61,442 nucleotides of DNA, filler included, from 11 parts of 11 records of this genome joined end to end with filler, not necessarily neighbours in it; one strand, 5' to 3'. Positions 20,306-36,086 are shown, counted from the whole stretch's first letter. The notes: generated by a model from the letters alone, not told the origin. A program made the numbers and translations.

Positions 20306-23300
20306 GCGTGGTGGTCGACGGGATCCCAGGCTCCGTGATCGGGTGCCTCGTCTTCCACTCGGGCTCGCTACCCAATCACGACCTGCTCTGGCCGCTGGTG
20401 GTGGTCGACCTAGTGGTGCTCGTCGGCATATTCGCGCTGGTGTTCATCCCTGTGTACGGCAAGCAAGACCGGGGCATACTGCACGGTTGCTTGCTCCGCA
20501 GGGACCCAAACTCCAGTGACTCGAGCCTGAGCGACACGCTCCATCTCGGTCGGCTTGGGGGATGGCTGGTCAGTAGTCTGGGCCCCAACACCCCCAGGCG
20601 CCGGATCAGCCGGCAAGGCACCCAATTTGCGTCCGACCAGTCTGAGCTTGCGACCGGGCCGTTGCTCGAGCACCTTGAGGGAGCGGCCGAGCTCCGACAG
20701 GTGGTGCTCGAGCTGCATCGGGTGGTCGCCGACGGAATGGGCTGGCCGCAGCTGACCCAAGCCTCGCTGCCGGACAAGGCGATCAAAGCGCCGCTTGAGC
20801 AGTCGATCGAGCAGCTGCTCAGTGAGCTGCCAGCCTCAGTCGGGGAGGGCTGCGTGTCTGGCATGTCGCTCAGGGAGCAGTTCCGGCTGATCTTGTGGCG
20901 GGCGGCAGTGGCACTGAGCGTGGCAGCGGCGACGCAGGCGCTGCAGGATGTGATCCCGGTTGGGACGTCGGGGACCAGGGAGCTGGTGGAGGCCCAGAGG
21001 GAGATCGAAGCACAGCTGCGCCAGCTGGACACTCTGCGGCGTCGTGAGCCTCAAGACCTCTCGAGGGAAAGCATCGAGCTCGAGAGCAACGCGCTCGAGC
21101 TGCTCCGGCCCAAGGTGAGCTTGCCCGAGTGCCGGCTGAGCCGAGCGGCCAGACGTACGAAAGCGTGCTGCGTGCATCGCGGCTGCTGAGCCTCACTCAG
21201 CTGCACCGCCCCAGGAGCAAACTGGTGCGCTGACCGGCTGGCCGGCTGATCGGATGCAGGCCGGCTCGGATCGCAATTTTTTGCAAGATCTCAAGCTGCA
21301 CAAGGGCCGGATGAGCTACGCCGACGCCGAGCTGCGGCAGCTGCTGTGGCGCGCGTTTCAGTTCGATCTGCTCGAGCTCTGGATCTCGGCGACGCTGCTC
21401 GCACTGATCGCGAGTGGGAGCATGCCTCCATACACCCGGGATGACAAGCTGTACACCTGGCCTCCGGGCACCTGGTGTGCATTCCAGAACCTGGTCAACT
21501 CTTTCATCATCGTCCAGATCTTCCTTCTGCTCCCTGTGAGTCTCAGCGCGGCCAGGCTCACGCGGCCGGGCAGATTCAGGGAGGGATACTCATCAAGCCG
21601 TGCTGGGGTCAGCGCGGCGCCTGGACCGACGCTGAGCGCAGCTCTGGCTACCGCGGGCTACAGGCGGGCAAGATTGACCTTGAGCCCGGGCTGCGGCGGA
21701 GCGACGACGAGCCCCCTATGCTCGACTTGCAGCTGGTGGTGGACGCACTGGTGGTGGCGCACACCAAATTGCACAAGTCACGGTTCAAGGACTGGATGCG
21801 GTATGGCCGGATGCGGCGCGAAATTCGGGAGGGGATCGACTGCGTGTGGGAGGCGGGCCCAGACTGCCTGATTCTCAACCTGGGCGACTGCTGGGCTGTA
21901 TCGTTCTCCGGCAGCTACCGGACCGAGCACTACGTAGCTGTTATGGAGGTGCTAGCTTTGAGGGGGCAGCGAGCTTAGTATGGCGCCTGCAGGTGGAGCA
22001 GACCACATACGCCCCAACTAGCGAGCTGGAGCAGCCTGGTGAGTTGGTGCACCTCGGGTTCATGGAGCACTACAAGCGCATCCGCGGGCTGCTCCTAGAT
22101 AAACTCGACGAGCTCGGGGTAAGCTGGCGCTCGGTCAGGCCCCAACGTGGGCTGCAGGCACTCAGGCTGCTCAAGGAATCCGGCAGACCGCTGCTACTGT
22201 GTGGGCACTCTCTAGGAGGCGCGGCAGCTACGCTGGCAGCTCGCGAGTTCCTGCTGCTCGACCCTGAATGGGCCGAGAACAATGGTGACATCTCTGCTGC
22301 CTACCCAGCTGGCCGCCTGAGCCGGGTTGTCCAGTTGTGCTGGTGACATTTGGTGCCCCAAAGTGCGGCAATCGCGCCTTCTGTGAGCCGATGAAGCAGC
22401 TTCGGAACAGCCTTCGGTGTGCAGTGGCAACCGATCTGATCCCGCACCTGCCACCGACCCCATTCAGTTTCTGCAAGATGTGGATATTGTTCTGCTTGAT
22501 CAAGTCCTGCTTATGGATCTTTGCAAAGCAGCCCAAGCGTTCCATCGAAACCAAGACAGAGTGCTGCGGCGGCTGGCTGCCCTGCAAGTGGGAATACGTG
22601 CACGTGCACGACCAGCCGGACGTGCTGCTGTGCACTGACGGGATGATCCACTTTCGTCCGCTGTGTCCTCCACTTCTGGTGCCAGAGGTGCTGGCCATGT
22701 GCGGTCCAAGGGTAATCTGGGGTGGCAGGTCAACTCTGGACCGAACATGCTGCTGCACAGCTTGAACCTGCAGCACAAACCCAAGCATTATATGCAGGCC
22801 CTGTACAACTGGGCAACCCACGTTCACGCCTCCGAGCTGACGCAGAGTCCGGACTACAGAGCGATGCTCGAGTAGCAGACTGCCACTGGCCTTGTGATTG
22901 TTTGGGTGCCAGGTTCTGTGCCAAGATGAAACAGAAGGCGATGGTTGGATGCTCCTACTGTGGCGGGGTCGGTGACACTTGCGGTGCGCCCGAGCCCGGG
23001 CTTTGCCCAACTAAGGTGGGTTCAGGCATTTCGGACTGCTGGCTGACCCGAGAGCTGATTGAGCAGCACCGCGGCTCCACACCCGCAAACACAGTCGGCA
23101 TTCTGGCCGGATGCAACTCGCCGGCTGAGGCAGAATTCGCCAGACAGCTTGCTGCAGAGCTTCGCCTGCGGCACGAGAAGACTTCGCACCTCGGCGGCAT
23201 CGCCGTGCTCACCGTTTCGCTAGATGACGAAGACGAGTATACCGAGTTTGGCGATATCTTTGCTTTGGAGTACAATGATCTGAAGTACAAGGAGAAAGAG

Positions 23301-24047
23301 GGTGATCCGGCGGATCAGATCGATCCGGAAGTGTATTGCCTGTCCAACACGAGCCAGCACCACAGCTGCTGTGGTTCGAGCAGCGGGCAGCTTCAGGTGA
23401 TCATGTCTCGCTACCCGATACTCGGAATGCTCCAGGTCTGCAGCTGCGTGCTCGTCGCTGCAGGCGAGTCCGGGGGGCCAACCAATCAAGCCCTTACCGA
23501 GTGCGGCGAGGAGCTCTGTCATCGGAAACTCCTCTGCGTGTCCAAGTTTGGTGGCTGTGGCCGAGATGTAGCCAACTGGCTTGGGATGCACGGTGCGAGC
23601 TTGCGCCGGGTTGATACGACCACCCCTATGTCGACATCCAACCCGTTCACACAGCCGGAGATCGAGGAGCTATGCAACTCACTCTTGGGCTTTGACACCG
23701 AGGGCCGGTGGACGGGTCCGGATGAGAGCATTTGGGACTCGCCGCCAACCAACAGATCATCATTTGGCCTAAGGAGGACGCTTTCTGATATGGACGGCGG
23801 TTTGTTCGAACCTGTCTTCGACAGCTTGCGGGGGGCGCGCAGAACTTCGGTCTGGGACGACGAGACTGAGATAGAACGACTCTATTATGCCAGCGAGGTG
23901 ACTCAGACACCATCCTCTCGAAATCCGGAGCCAACTACTAGTAGACCTTCTTTTATAGGGGCTATCGATTCCCGGCTCGCCTCAAGGCCTGAGAGTGGTG
24001 ATGCCGATGCCACACCGGTAGTAACATTACCAGTAGATCAAGTTTAA
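20306..24047 (+). CDS. Membrane-anchored class 3 lipase with C-terminal SLOG-like domain (5' truncated)
   Basis: TM segments; VHLGF, LCGHSLGGAAATL, LVTFGAPKCGN, DLIPHLPP, H..KHY. The 41-nt GT-AG intron 22872-22912 removes the TAG and continues into the frame of ORF 22722..24047. Confidence 0.75.
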
Positions 24048-24118
24048 AAGTTTTAGCATGCGTGTCATACCAGCAAACTTCAGCCACTAAATTCTGTCAG
24101 CATATTTTGCTGACAGAA

Positions 24119-24218
24119 NNNNNNNNNNNNNNNNNNNNNNNNNNNNNNNNNNNNNNNNNNNNTTAATTAATTAANNNNNNNNNNNNNNNNNNNNNNNNNN
24201 NNNNNNNNNNNNNNNNNN
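24119..24218. other. Artificial contig spacer
   Basis: 44 N + TTAATTAATTAA + 44 N. Confidence 0.97.
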
Positions 24219-24866
24219 ATCCAGAGTCACATCTTCCATCAGTGCGACAAAGTCAACGGTAGCGTTTGCACCTCGTGCACTCGCCTCATCCGTGGTGAGT
24301 TGAGGTCCCAGTGGATGGCAGACACCGTTGGCATTCGCACTGTCGTAGTTGGGCGGGGTCCCGTAGCCGCTGAACATGCACTGAATGTTGCCTGGGAACG
24401 TATTCGGGACATCTCCACTGGCGTTGCACATGGTCTGGATCGGGTTGGTCGCTCGCTCCGTGCACGCCGTATCGCTGTAAGTGCTGAGAGTGCAACTGGA
24501 GCTGTCCGCGCTGGTGCATTCGTAGTAGGCGGACTTTGGCGCGCCCTGCATCTCGCCGCGCCTGCCTGTATCAGCGGCCCCCCAGGAGACGCATGCCATA
24601 TTGTTTCCGGCGGGAAGAGGGAAGAGCTCGGTAGTAGCGAGCGAGTTGTCGCAAGCGCCAGTCCCAGTGGGGCCCGGATAGACTTTCTTGACCTTCACTG
24701 CCCCCCCCGCGCTCGCCCAAGCGGCGCACGGGCCGGACGCACCATAGGCTTGGTAGCCGGTCGGGTCGGTGGATGCCTTGCCGTAGATCGTGCCCCCCGG
24801 GCCGGCGAGCGCGGTGGCGAGCATGCACATGCAGAGGACGGCGGCGGATGTGCTTGGGCAAGCCAT
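24219..24866 (-). CDS. Secreted Cys-rich hypothetical protein (3' truncated)
   Basis: Signal peptide MACPSTSAAVLCMCMLATALA; Cys/Gly/Thr-rich open frame to the contig edge. Confidence 0.6.
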
Positions 24867-25217
24867 TGTCGTAGACCTCCTGCGAGCCCTCAACAGTCTT
24901 TCCGTTGCAATCGCTACCGTTAAGCCTCTGTTAAGGCCGCTGACGTGCTGATGTGCTGATGTGCTGATTTCGTACAGTTCAATATGTTATGTCGGGTTCT
25001 GTAGATGACTCTGGATCAATTATAATGAATATACAATATAAGCTTATTGTATCTAACATTGGTGTTACAGTGCTGGTGTTATCAGGATTAATATTGAGAT
25101 GAATTTTGATCGAGCCCTGGCCGGCGCATCGCCGGCAGGCCGGCGCACTGACAATGTCATCATTGTCATGACTTGTGGCCAATGTGCCGGGACAGCAAGG
25201 ACATTCAGTGTCTCGAG

Positions 25218-27604
25218 CTATGCGAATCGGCCGTGGCGGTCTACTCTGTAAGCGTCTCGAGCCCCAGACTTGCTGTTCACAATCTCCCGGGACGGCAGTA
25301 AGAGCGCCTCCATCGGCCGCATGCTCTTGCCTCCGCCCTCGTCCACGATGAACCGGTTGCCCTCCGCCCTCTGCCCCACCAGTCACGTCAGTTGCAATAC
25401 GGCGGCACCGTCTGGGCGTGATGGCCGGAGATCAGCAAGCAGTCCAGCCCCGGCGGCATCGGAATCACCTTGCTCCGGCCCGAAAACACATGGTACCGAC
25501 CAGCCTCCTCCTGTCCCGGCGGCGTGTCACCGGCGCCCGGCGGCAGGCACCATCAGCACTTGTGCGGTCATGTCCCGCCTGCGAAGGGCCGCCAGCTGCT
25601 CCGGGACCCGATCCGGGGCCAATCCGGCGTGCACGCACTTGACAGGCCCAAAGCAAGTCTCGGCCTCCCACACCCAGAGCAACTCGCTCAGGAACCGCTT
25701 ATGCGACTCCGGCACCGCACCGATCAGCTCCTCGCGCACCGCCGGTGACGTGAGCGCTGAGCCGCTAAACGTGACCCCGTAGGACTTGAACGTCTCGCGG
25801 GATTGGAATGTTCTGCCGTTGCCCCACCGCCGGCCAGCGTAGTGCATCCCGTCCGGTAGCCGCACGCTGAACTTGCCACCCCAATCGAGAGACCCGATCT
25901 CATCCAGTGTGACACCTTCGGGCAGTGGCTCGGCCGGCGGACAGCCCAGGTAACATGCCATCCCAAAGTCGTGCTGCCCACCCAGTCAGCGCTCAACAGC
26001 GGGTGCAACCCACGTTGCCCGTGATGAAATGCGTGCTGCCGGGTGCTCTGTCTTGCCGGAGCTGGAGCAGCAGCTCAATCGCGCCACAAGTGTCTGGTCC
26101 CCGGTCGCTGCAACTGAATCACGGCAGCCTGGCCAGTCGATACCAGTAGTCACCCAGGAAGACCATGTGCGCCCGGGCCAGCCTTTCCGGTCCTATGTGA
26201 GCCTCGATCTTTTCGAGCAGCTTTGTGAGCTTCTCTGGGCTGCCATGAACGTCGCCCACGCACACCAGCTCCTCGATGAGTCCGGGGGCCCGCGACAGAC
26301 TCAGCGCGGGCGGGGCGCCGGCCGTGGGCGGTCCAGCGAGCACCGTTGTGTTGACAGGCTCCACTTGCATTTGCTCCGCTAGCCGCTCCAGATCCGCCGA
26401 GAGCCGCCGCGCCAACTCAGCGGGCGGCAGTGGCTCGCTGCTGGGCGGTGGGCCGAGCGGGCGGTACTGTATGTCCGGGTTTGTGACCGGCCAGCACAGC
26501 ACTGCCATTGCAGTCGAGCGGCCCCAGTACCCGTCCAACGAATTGTCTGACGCGTTGCCGTTCCCGACCATGCTCCAAGGGTCCCAAGCATTCACATAGA
26601 GCGTATCACTCAGCTCGCGGCTCGACTGCCCGAACAGGCTGTCCGGAATCCGGAACTGATTCCCGAGAAGGACCTCCACGCTGTTTGCCCCAGCCACCGC
26701 AGCCTGGGCGGCCTCGATTGCCTCAACCACAAATCTCTGATGGAAGTCCTGCTTGCTGTACTCATGTCGCGGCCGGAACGCGTCCGACCCCACCCCAAAA
26801 GCCTGCAACCTGCCCAACCCGTGGTCGACTGCGGCGGCAAAGGCGAAGCTCCACACAGTCACGTACGCTGCAAACAGTTTCTCCTCCTGGAGAGGCCGCC
26901 TGACCAGCGCCCCGCCGAAATGTTGCGCATCGGGCTGCTTGGCGCTGTCGAAAGCAAACCCAATCAGATTGATCACGTGCACGCTCTCCAGCCGGCGGCG
27001 GCTGTCCTTAGGGTCCACGACCGGTGTGGCGCAGTAGATCGCAATATTGGGCATCAACCGATCAGGAGTGCTCAGGCCGTAGCCACCCTCCGAGTACCCG
27101 GCCAATGCCTGCAGCCCCGGTTTCGAGTATTTGCGCCGCATCGCTATGTTGACCGGTTCCCGCCTGGTGGCGATCAGCCTGACCGCCTCCGGATCGGCCG
27201 CGGGATCGTGATACACACACGCGCTGGTCCAATCCAGCCCCGCCAGCGCTGTCGGTTCCTTGGCCCAAGCCGGGAAGGCGGTCCGTTGGCTCGAGTACAC
27301 CGCCCACAGCTTAGCCGCCAGCTGCGCCCGGTCCCCGCGCGGGCATGCCTCAGAAGCTGCCGGCACAGACTCCGTCACGGGCGTGACACCCTGGTTTTGC
27401 GAGAACCCACTCACCGGCGGCGGCGGTGGCGGCGGGCGGCTGAGGGGCTGGGGACTCGGGGCTGGGGCCACCCGCTGGGAGCTGGGGGGTGGGAGCACTG
27501 CTGGCGGGGAGCTGGGGGCGGGGGTCTGGCCGGTGTTGTGCTCGGACCACTGGCGGTAAAGGTGGAGCAGCGATGGCTTGCCCGGGCAGGCGTCCACCTT
27601 GCTC
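25218..27604 (-). CDS. Macrodomain-like N-terminal domain fused to Rhizobiales-like PPP metallophosphatase (RLPH type); 5' truncated
   Basis: CVGDVHG, FLGDYCDRGP, GNHDF, GRRWG, AVPESHKRFL, VHAGL, SGHH, IVDEGGG across four short introns; stop TAG at 25218. Upstream domain has GVGSDAF and YVNAWDPWSMVGNGNASDNSLDGYWGRST. Confidence 0.8.
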
Positions 27605-27704
27605 NNNNNNNNNNNNNNNNNNNNNNNNNNNNNNNNNNNNNNNNNNNNTTAATTAATTAANNNNNNNNNNNNNNNNNNNNNNNNNNNNNNNNNNNNNNNN
27701 NNNN
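27605..27704. other. Artificial contig spacer
   Basis: 44 N + TTAATTAATTAA + 44 N. Confidence 0.97.
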
Positions 27705-28007
27705 CTTGATCGCATCCTGGGTCTCCTCGCTCACGACATCGTCCAGCTGAGTCGCCACCAGCCCAGCCTCGTGCGCCGGCTCTTGCTTGCGCGGGGGGGT
27801 TCTCCGCTGCTTGGGGCTGAACACCCGGCCGATCGCGGCCGCGAGGTAGGCTTGCTCTTGCTCGGCCAGCCCGGGGTCGACCGGGACGGGGGATCCCTTC
27901 TCCGGCGACGCGAGCCGCTGCTTGAGCGCCTTCTCCGGCGAGTTGAGCGCCCGGAGCGGCCGCCGCGTCGACGGCTGCTTCAGCCGCGACGGAGTCAGCG
28001 TCGACAT
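27705..28007 (-). CDS. Hypothetical protein N-terminus with D-box-like and S/T-P motifs (3' truncated)
   Basis: MSTLTPSRLKQPSTRRPLRALNSPEK...SPKQRRTPPRK; divergent from the PH gene. Confidence 0.45.
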
Positions 28008-28138
28008 GCTCGACCCTGTTGACTCTGTCGCCTCTCTGTCCACCGTGCCGCCTGGCGTTTTGGATCGTAAATTTTCTGGGGCGTTTCCGTTGCAATTAAC
28101 GGACAAGCAACTGAGATCAGCATGCACCAGTGGACTTG

Positions 28139-31100
28139 ATGGAGCTGCTGACCGGCGCTCAGTACACGAGCGTCCCGCCTCCGCGGTCGCCGGCTCGGGT
28201 GGCGCCGTCCGAGCCCGAGTCGCGGCACCTGGTCTACCAGTCTGAGATCATGGTCCGCTCGCGGATCGGGCTCTGGCGCACCCGGTGGCTGGCGCTCTCG
28301 CGGGACGGGATGCTCAGCTGGAGCCAAGCAGAGGGCCGCAAGCCGCTCGGGGAGCTCGACCTGCTTGAGGCGCCCCAGCTGGGCCCGGGCCGGCCAGCGC
28401 TGGGGCAGGTGTGCTCGCTCGGGCTGGACGGACCCAAGATCATACTGCACAGCGGCTCGGGCGGCCAGACTCAGTTCAAGGCCAAGGCAGACCGGCAGGC
28501 GGCGGTGTGGGAGGCGGTGATCCGGGATAAGCTGGCCCTGCTGCGGCGGGAGACGGAGGTGATCCTGGAGGAGGCCCAGATGGTTCACCGGACCGGGCCG
28601 GTCTGGGAGCTGTACTCGAGCGCCAGCATCCAGCTCCTCGAGTCCAGCCAGTGCTTCAAGGCGCCGCCTCGGGCGAGCGGGGGTGAGTGCCGAGCAGGTG
28701 TACAGCGCGGTGCCGGTGGAGGCCCCTCGCGAGCGGGACATGATCAGGGTGCTTCCGTGGGACCCAAGGAGCCACATCCGGGAGCACGAGGTGGCCGGCT
28801 GGCAGCAGGCCAGTGTCGGCTCCTCCCGGATGGTCCAGCTGTACGGCGTGTGCGTGCTCTGGTCGGCTGCGGCTCAAGGGCTCTGGGCAGTTACATATGG
28901 GACGCCAACATGGCTATAGTGACCGAGCTCCTCCCAGGCACCGCTTGGCTTCCCCCGGGGCGAGCCTGGGCCAGACGCTAGGCTGGTCGGGTCGGGTGCC
29001 CGGCTGTCGGTGCCTGAGGTCAAGCTGCTGGTGCTCCGGCTGGCCTCGGCGGTCGCTCTCCTGCATCAGGTGGCCGGTCTGCCTCACTGGGCTGATCCGC
29101 TGTCAGTGTGGAGCTGCGCACGGCAGCCTCTCACTGGGGGTGCTCTGGCAATCGGCCAGCCCCGGGGCCTCTCCGGCTGACTTCAAACTGGCCCCTCTTG
29201 AGGCGCGTGCAGCCTTGCTCGGCTGATGCGGCAGTGCCAGGTGACTCGCCCGACTGACTGCGCTGCAGCTCAGCTTCATGATGTCTACTGCCTTGGGGTG
29301 AGTGCCGCCCGGACCCTACAGCCGACCGGTCGGACAGGTGATCATGCAGCAGCTGCTGGATGGCAGGGGTACCGGGCGCTCCGGCCGGGCTGAGCTGGCT
29401 TAGGCGACCTGAACTCGGCGCACTTGCTTCGAGTGCTGATGGCAGACTCGTCGAGGCGGTGCTCGATGCAAGAGGCAATGCAGCACGCCTGGCTGGCCGA
29501 GGCCGCCGATGCCGAAGATGTCATCGAGCCGGCGGCGGCTGTGCGCGCTGCTTAATAGCGCGAGTCTCACTGCGTAAGACAGGAGCAGTCGGAGGAATCA
29601 GGATGCAGGGTACGCAGCTTATCTGAGCCGCCGGCCTTGCGGCTGCGGGGCGCGTCCGCGGTGCATGAGCCGACGGTGGCGGGATGTTCGACGCCAGTGG
29701 GCGAGTGGCTGGTGCAGGTGGTTGCGGATCCTCCGAGCCCGGCCTCGGGGAGCACGATACGGAGGAGGTCGCACAACTGGACTACGGAGACGACTAAGAC
29801 CGCTCAGGTGCAGGCAGGCGGGCTGCGGGTCTGATGCGCGTCGACAGGGGATCTCGTCGGCGCAGGAAGCTCTCAGTCAGAGCACGGGAGTGCTGCCGAT
29901 CAAAACTAAGAGACCGCTGATGAGAGAGTCGTCTGTCGATGCTCTCGATAGGGTATTGCACGCCTGCCAAGAGACACTCGTACTCCCGCGAGGTCGGAAC
30001 ACCATAGAGGTGACCAGGCCTGCCACTAGTCGGCTTATGACTGGTCATCAGCTGGATATTCCTGTCGAACAGCCCGGGTGCTGCCTGCATGTGGACCTCC
30101 AAGTGATGGGTGGCCCGGAGGCGCTCTCCGATAGTTTAGCCTTGGCCAGGAAAGATACTCAAGAACCCAACGGTGATGGTCTCGCTCGAGCTGAGGCGAC
30201 ATGACTTGCACGAGCCAACTAGGGTCGGGCTGTGCCCTGCGCACTAGCTGAGCGGCCTGTCGACAGGTGACGCCACTGATGGGCCAGCGTGCAGTCAGTG
30301 GTCGTCTGCAAGAGAGTTTCCAGATCGAGGCGGCTGGGGAGGTGAGAATTGTCCTCGCCAACAACCGGAGCGCGTGGACACGGAGCAAGGTGACGATCAA
30401 GACCCTGGTGATCTGCCCAGTGCCTCGCTTCTGCTCAGCTGAGGCGTTGCCAGGTCCGTGCCGGGGCAGAGGGCTTGGCCAACAGCCCACTATATGCGCC
30501 TTGCGGTGCAGCTGCTGAAGGCGAAGTGTCGTTTGGGGTTCTGAAGATACAGCCGGTCAACGTGCAGGGCCCGCTCGAGCTACCGGCTGGCTGCTGCATA
30601 GCTCTCTCTGTGGACGGCTGTACTCCACAGCTGCTCCCGGTGAGTCTTGTCAGGGAGCTGGGCTGATTGCTTGCAGCTCGCAGGTGTCACGAGCAGTTCG
30701 TCGAGCTGGCCATGCATGTTCCTCATCCCGGTATACCATAGCCCGTCCAGATTATGGCCTTGTGCTCGAACTGATGAGGCCTGGACCGCAGGATCCTTCG
30801 TCAGTCCTGCTCCTCTGCCTGTGCAAGGCGAATTTGCCAGCCGAGCAGAGCGGTCATCGAGCGCTGGCACACGGGCTCGTCCTGATGCAAAATCTGGTGG
30901 AAGAATTCACGTGGCAGCAGCTTCTGTCAAAGGACTTCAGGCTCGCCAAGAGCCTTCGAGTGGCTCTCGTGCCCGGCCCGCTCCAAGCCACTTCCGTGCT
31001 TGATCAGGTCGCGTCGCACCATTGATCGGGTCCAACCTGACCACCCACGCCAGGTGCAGGCTATGAATCGGGCTATCGCCGCAACGCCGACATGGCTAAC

Positions 31101-32352
31101 CCTTAAGCTGCACTTACAGCTCATGCCTGGGGTCAAGAAGCAGCTTCCTCGACTCGGCGCGTTCCTTGGTGCTCATTTACATCCAGTCGAGCCTCTAAAT
31201 AGCAGCACAGGATGGGCCTCGGTGAGTCAGCCTGCCTTAAATAGCAATTAGCTCCAGTTCAGTTCTGACCCTTTGTCGTGGTCGCTCTGCGCGTGTCTGA
31301 CTGGCTAGGGGCTGTTTGCAGGTGCTTGGCCCTGAACGAGTGCTGGGTGACTTCACCCAGGGGGCAACCGCACAACATTTTAGGTCGCGTGCCTCCTCTA
31401 GCGCCATGAGACTGACCCATTGCTGTGCAGCCCTGACCATTTTAGGGACCACAAAGCCAGGATCCAAAAGATTGGCGGCGCAATGGCTGAAGCAGCTCTT
31501 CTAGCGGTGATGTGGCTTCATGTCCCTGCTCTGCTCTATTTTGTTGCCCACTCCTGGCTGCAGGTGCTCGCTGAGTGGGATAGACCATGGATCTCTGGAG
31601 CCGCACTCCTGATATACACTTCTGTGTGCCTGCTGGCGTCGCTATGGCAGGTTCCGTTGATTCTGACCGTGGCGTTTATTGCGGGAGGAGCCTGGTCTGG
31701 TAAGACTACCAGTGTATGGCGTGCCGACTTGTTTGGACAGGTCATTCAGAGTTGGAGCGGACCAGGCCAGGCAAGAGTGGCCTTAGCCTTCATGCCAAGT
31801 TCAAAAAGTTCAAGGACTTGTTTGCGATGGCGCAAAATAGCCTGGGGAAACTAGCTGCGGTGAGCGCACCGGGCTGCGAGGAGTTAAAGTCAATTAATCC
31901 AGGTGCTGGAGCGCCTACTGTCGCTGTGGCATTGGCAATCGAGTGCAACCTCGTTCGTATTTTCTGGGGTGGCGGTCATCATTGCAGCATCAGCCTCTGT
32001 GGTGCTACTTGTGGTACGCTTCATCTGGCTGACGTGGTCACTGATTAGAGGAGTGCTCTTCTAGGTGGAGCTGATTGGGCCCCGTCGGATTGCTCTGCTA
32101 GTGGGTCTGATTGGGCTGACTCCTCTCCGATTTCATATTTGGCCAGCTGCACCAGGGCACCAAACACCAAAAGCGAGAGAAGGATCCAACGAGACAGTAA
32201 AGAGCTGGAAAGAACGGCTTTGGTACGCCTTCGTGAGGTCGCCGGACGCCTTGGAAGTCACGCTTAGTGAGCAATGCAAGAGGTGCGTAATAATTAACTC
32301 AACGCATCAAGGACTTGGTCTAGATACTAGAATTCAAACTAAATTAAAGTGA
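28139..32352 (+). CDS. Multidomain PH - pseudokinase - GOLD-like - PRT_C (MCTP-like membrane) protein, many introns
   Basis: PH: WRTRWLALSRDGMLSW...AAVWEAVI. Kinase fold with HGSL and FKLAP in place of HRD/DFG, ending RCSMQEAMQHAWL. GOLD-like GEVRIVLANNRSAWTRSK. PRT_C-like AQNSLGKLA...ERLLSLWHW. Could be more than one gene. Confidence 0.55.
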
Positions 32353-32608
32353 CCACATTAGCTAGTCCCTATGTAAAATTACACAAGTAACTAGTTATTA
32401 CGGGGTTGTTCGGGGATAATTCAGAATATTCAAACGAATGCTAAAATGAAAGAAGAACAATTCGAACGCCACTCATTTGATCGAAGACTTAAAATACAAG
32501 TACGGAGGTTGATTCATTAGGAATGTTCCTAAAGCAGATGCAATAGGTCGCCGATGACCATCATGCGACACCGCGTCGATGCTTACTGTAGCCAGTCCCG
32601 GGAGCAAT

Positions 32609-35422
<2,814 letters not shown>

Positions 35423-35593
35423 CTTGGCCGAGAGCCCCGCGGCGGTGAACAAGAGGCCTGTGCGGCCGCGGTGCTGCTCGGGAGGCCAGACGCTGGGCGC
35501 TCGCTTTGTTTTCCGTTGCTGTGCCTCGCTGAGAGGGGCCATACGAAGATGTACTGATGCAGCGCTACGATTTGAGAGCGGCGCCGACGCGAC

Positions 35594-36086
35594 ATGTCGC
35601 TGGAAGCTCTGCGCTCGGTTCGCGGGACCCGGATGTTCTCCTCCGCCTTCGTGGCCCGGCTGCTCCTGGCCGACTCATCTCAGCCGCCGGCGCTGCATCT
35701 GGACCGGCGCCCGGAGCCGGAGCCGGAGCTTAGCGCGCTGTGGGCGGCCACCGACGGGCAGGAGTCGCTGCCGAGCTCGCCGCGATGGCGGCCTGAGATG
35801 AACCCAGGCAATCAGCATCTGCGGTGGGGGAGCTAGCCGGCTGGGCAGGTCGGCAGCCGGACGGGGAGTTCTCGGAGCAGATGCGGCATGTGTTTGAGCG
35901 AAGGGTTAAGATGCTGCTCCGACCAGCCAGGCTCGGGAGTGGCGAGAGCAACCTGCAGGCAGTCGGGGCGGACCGGCGGGGCTGACCGGCGGGCAGTTGC
36001 TGGCTGAGCTGAAGTGGCGGCAGCACGAGGCTCGGCTTCGGGTATGCGAGACGCTGATCGACAGGACCGGGCCGGAAGCCGCCTGA
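35594..36086 (+). CDS. Hypothetical multi-exon protein; 3' end unresolved
   Basis: ATG divergent from CDC5; two plausible GC-AG introns keep the frame open. Confidence 0.3.

Noticed and set aside
9417-24047. TIR and SLOG-lipase as a physically linked defence locus
   Set aside because: They are on different contigs separated by artificial spacers.
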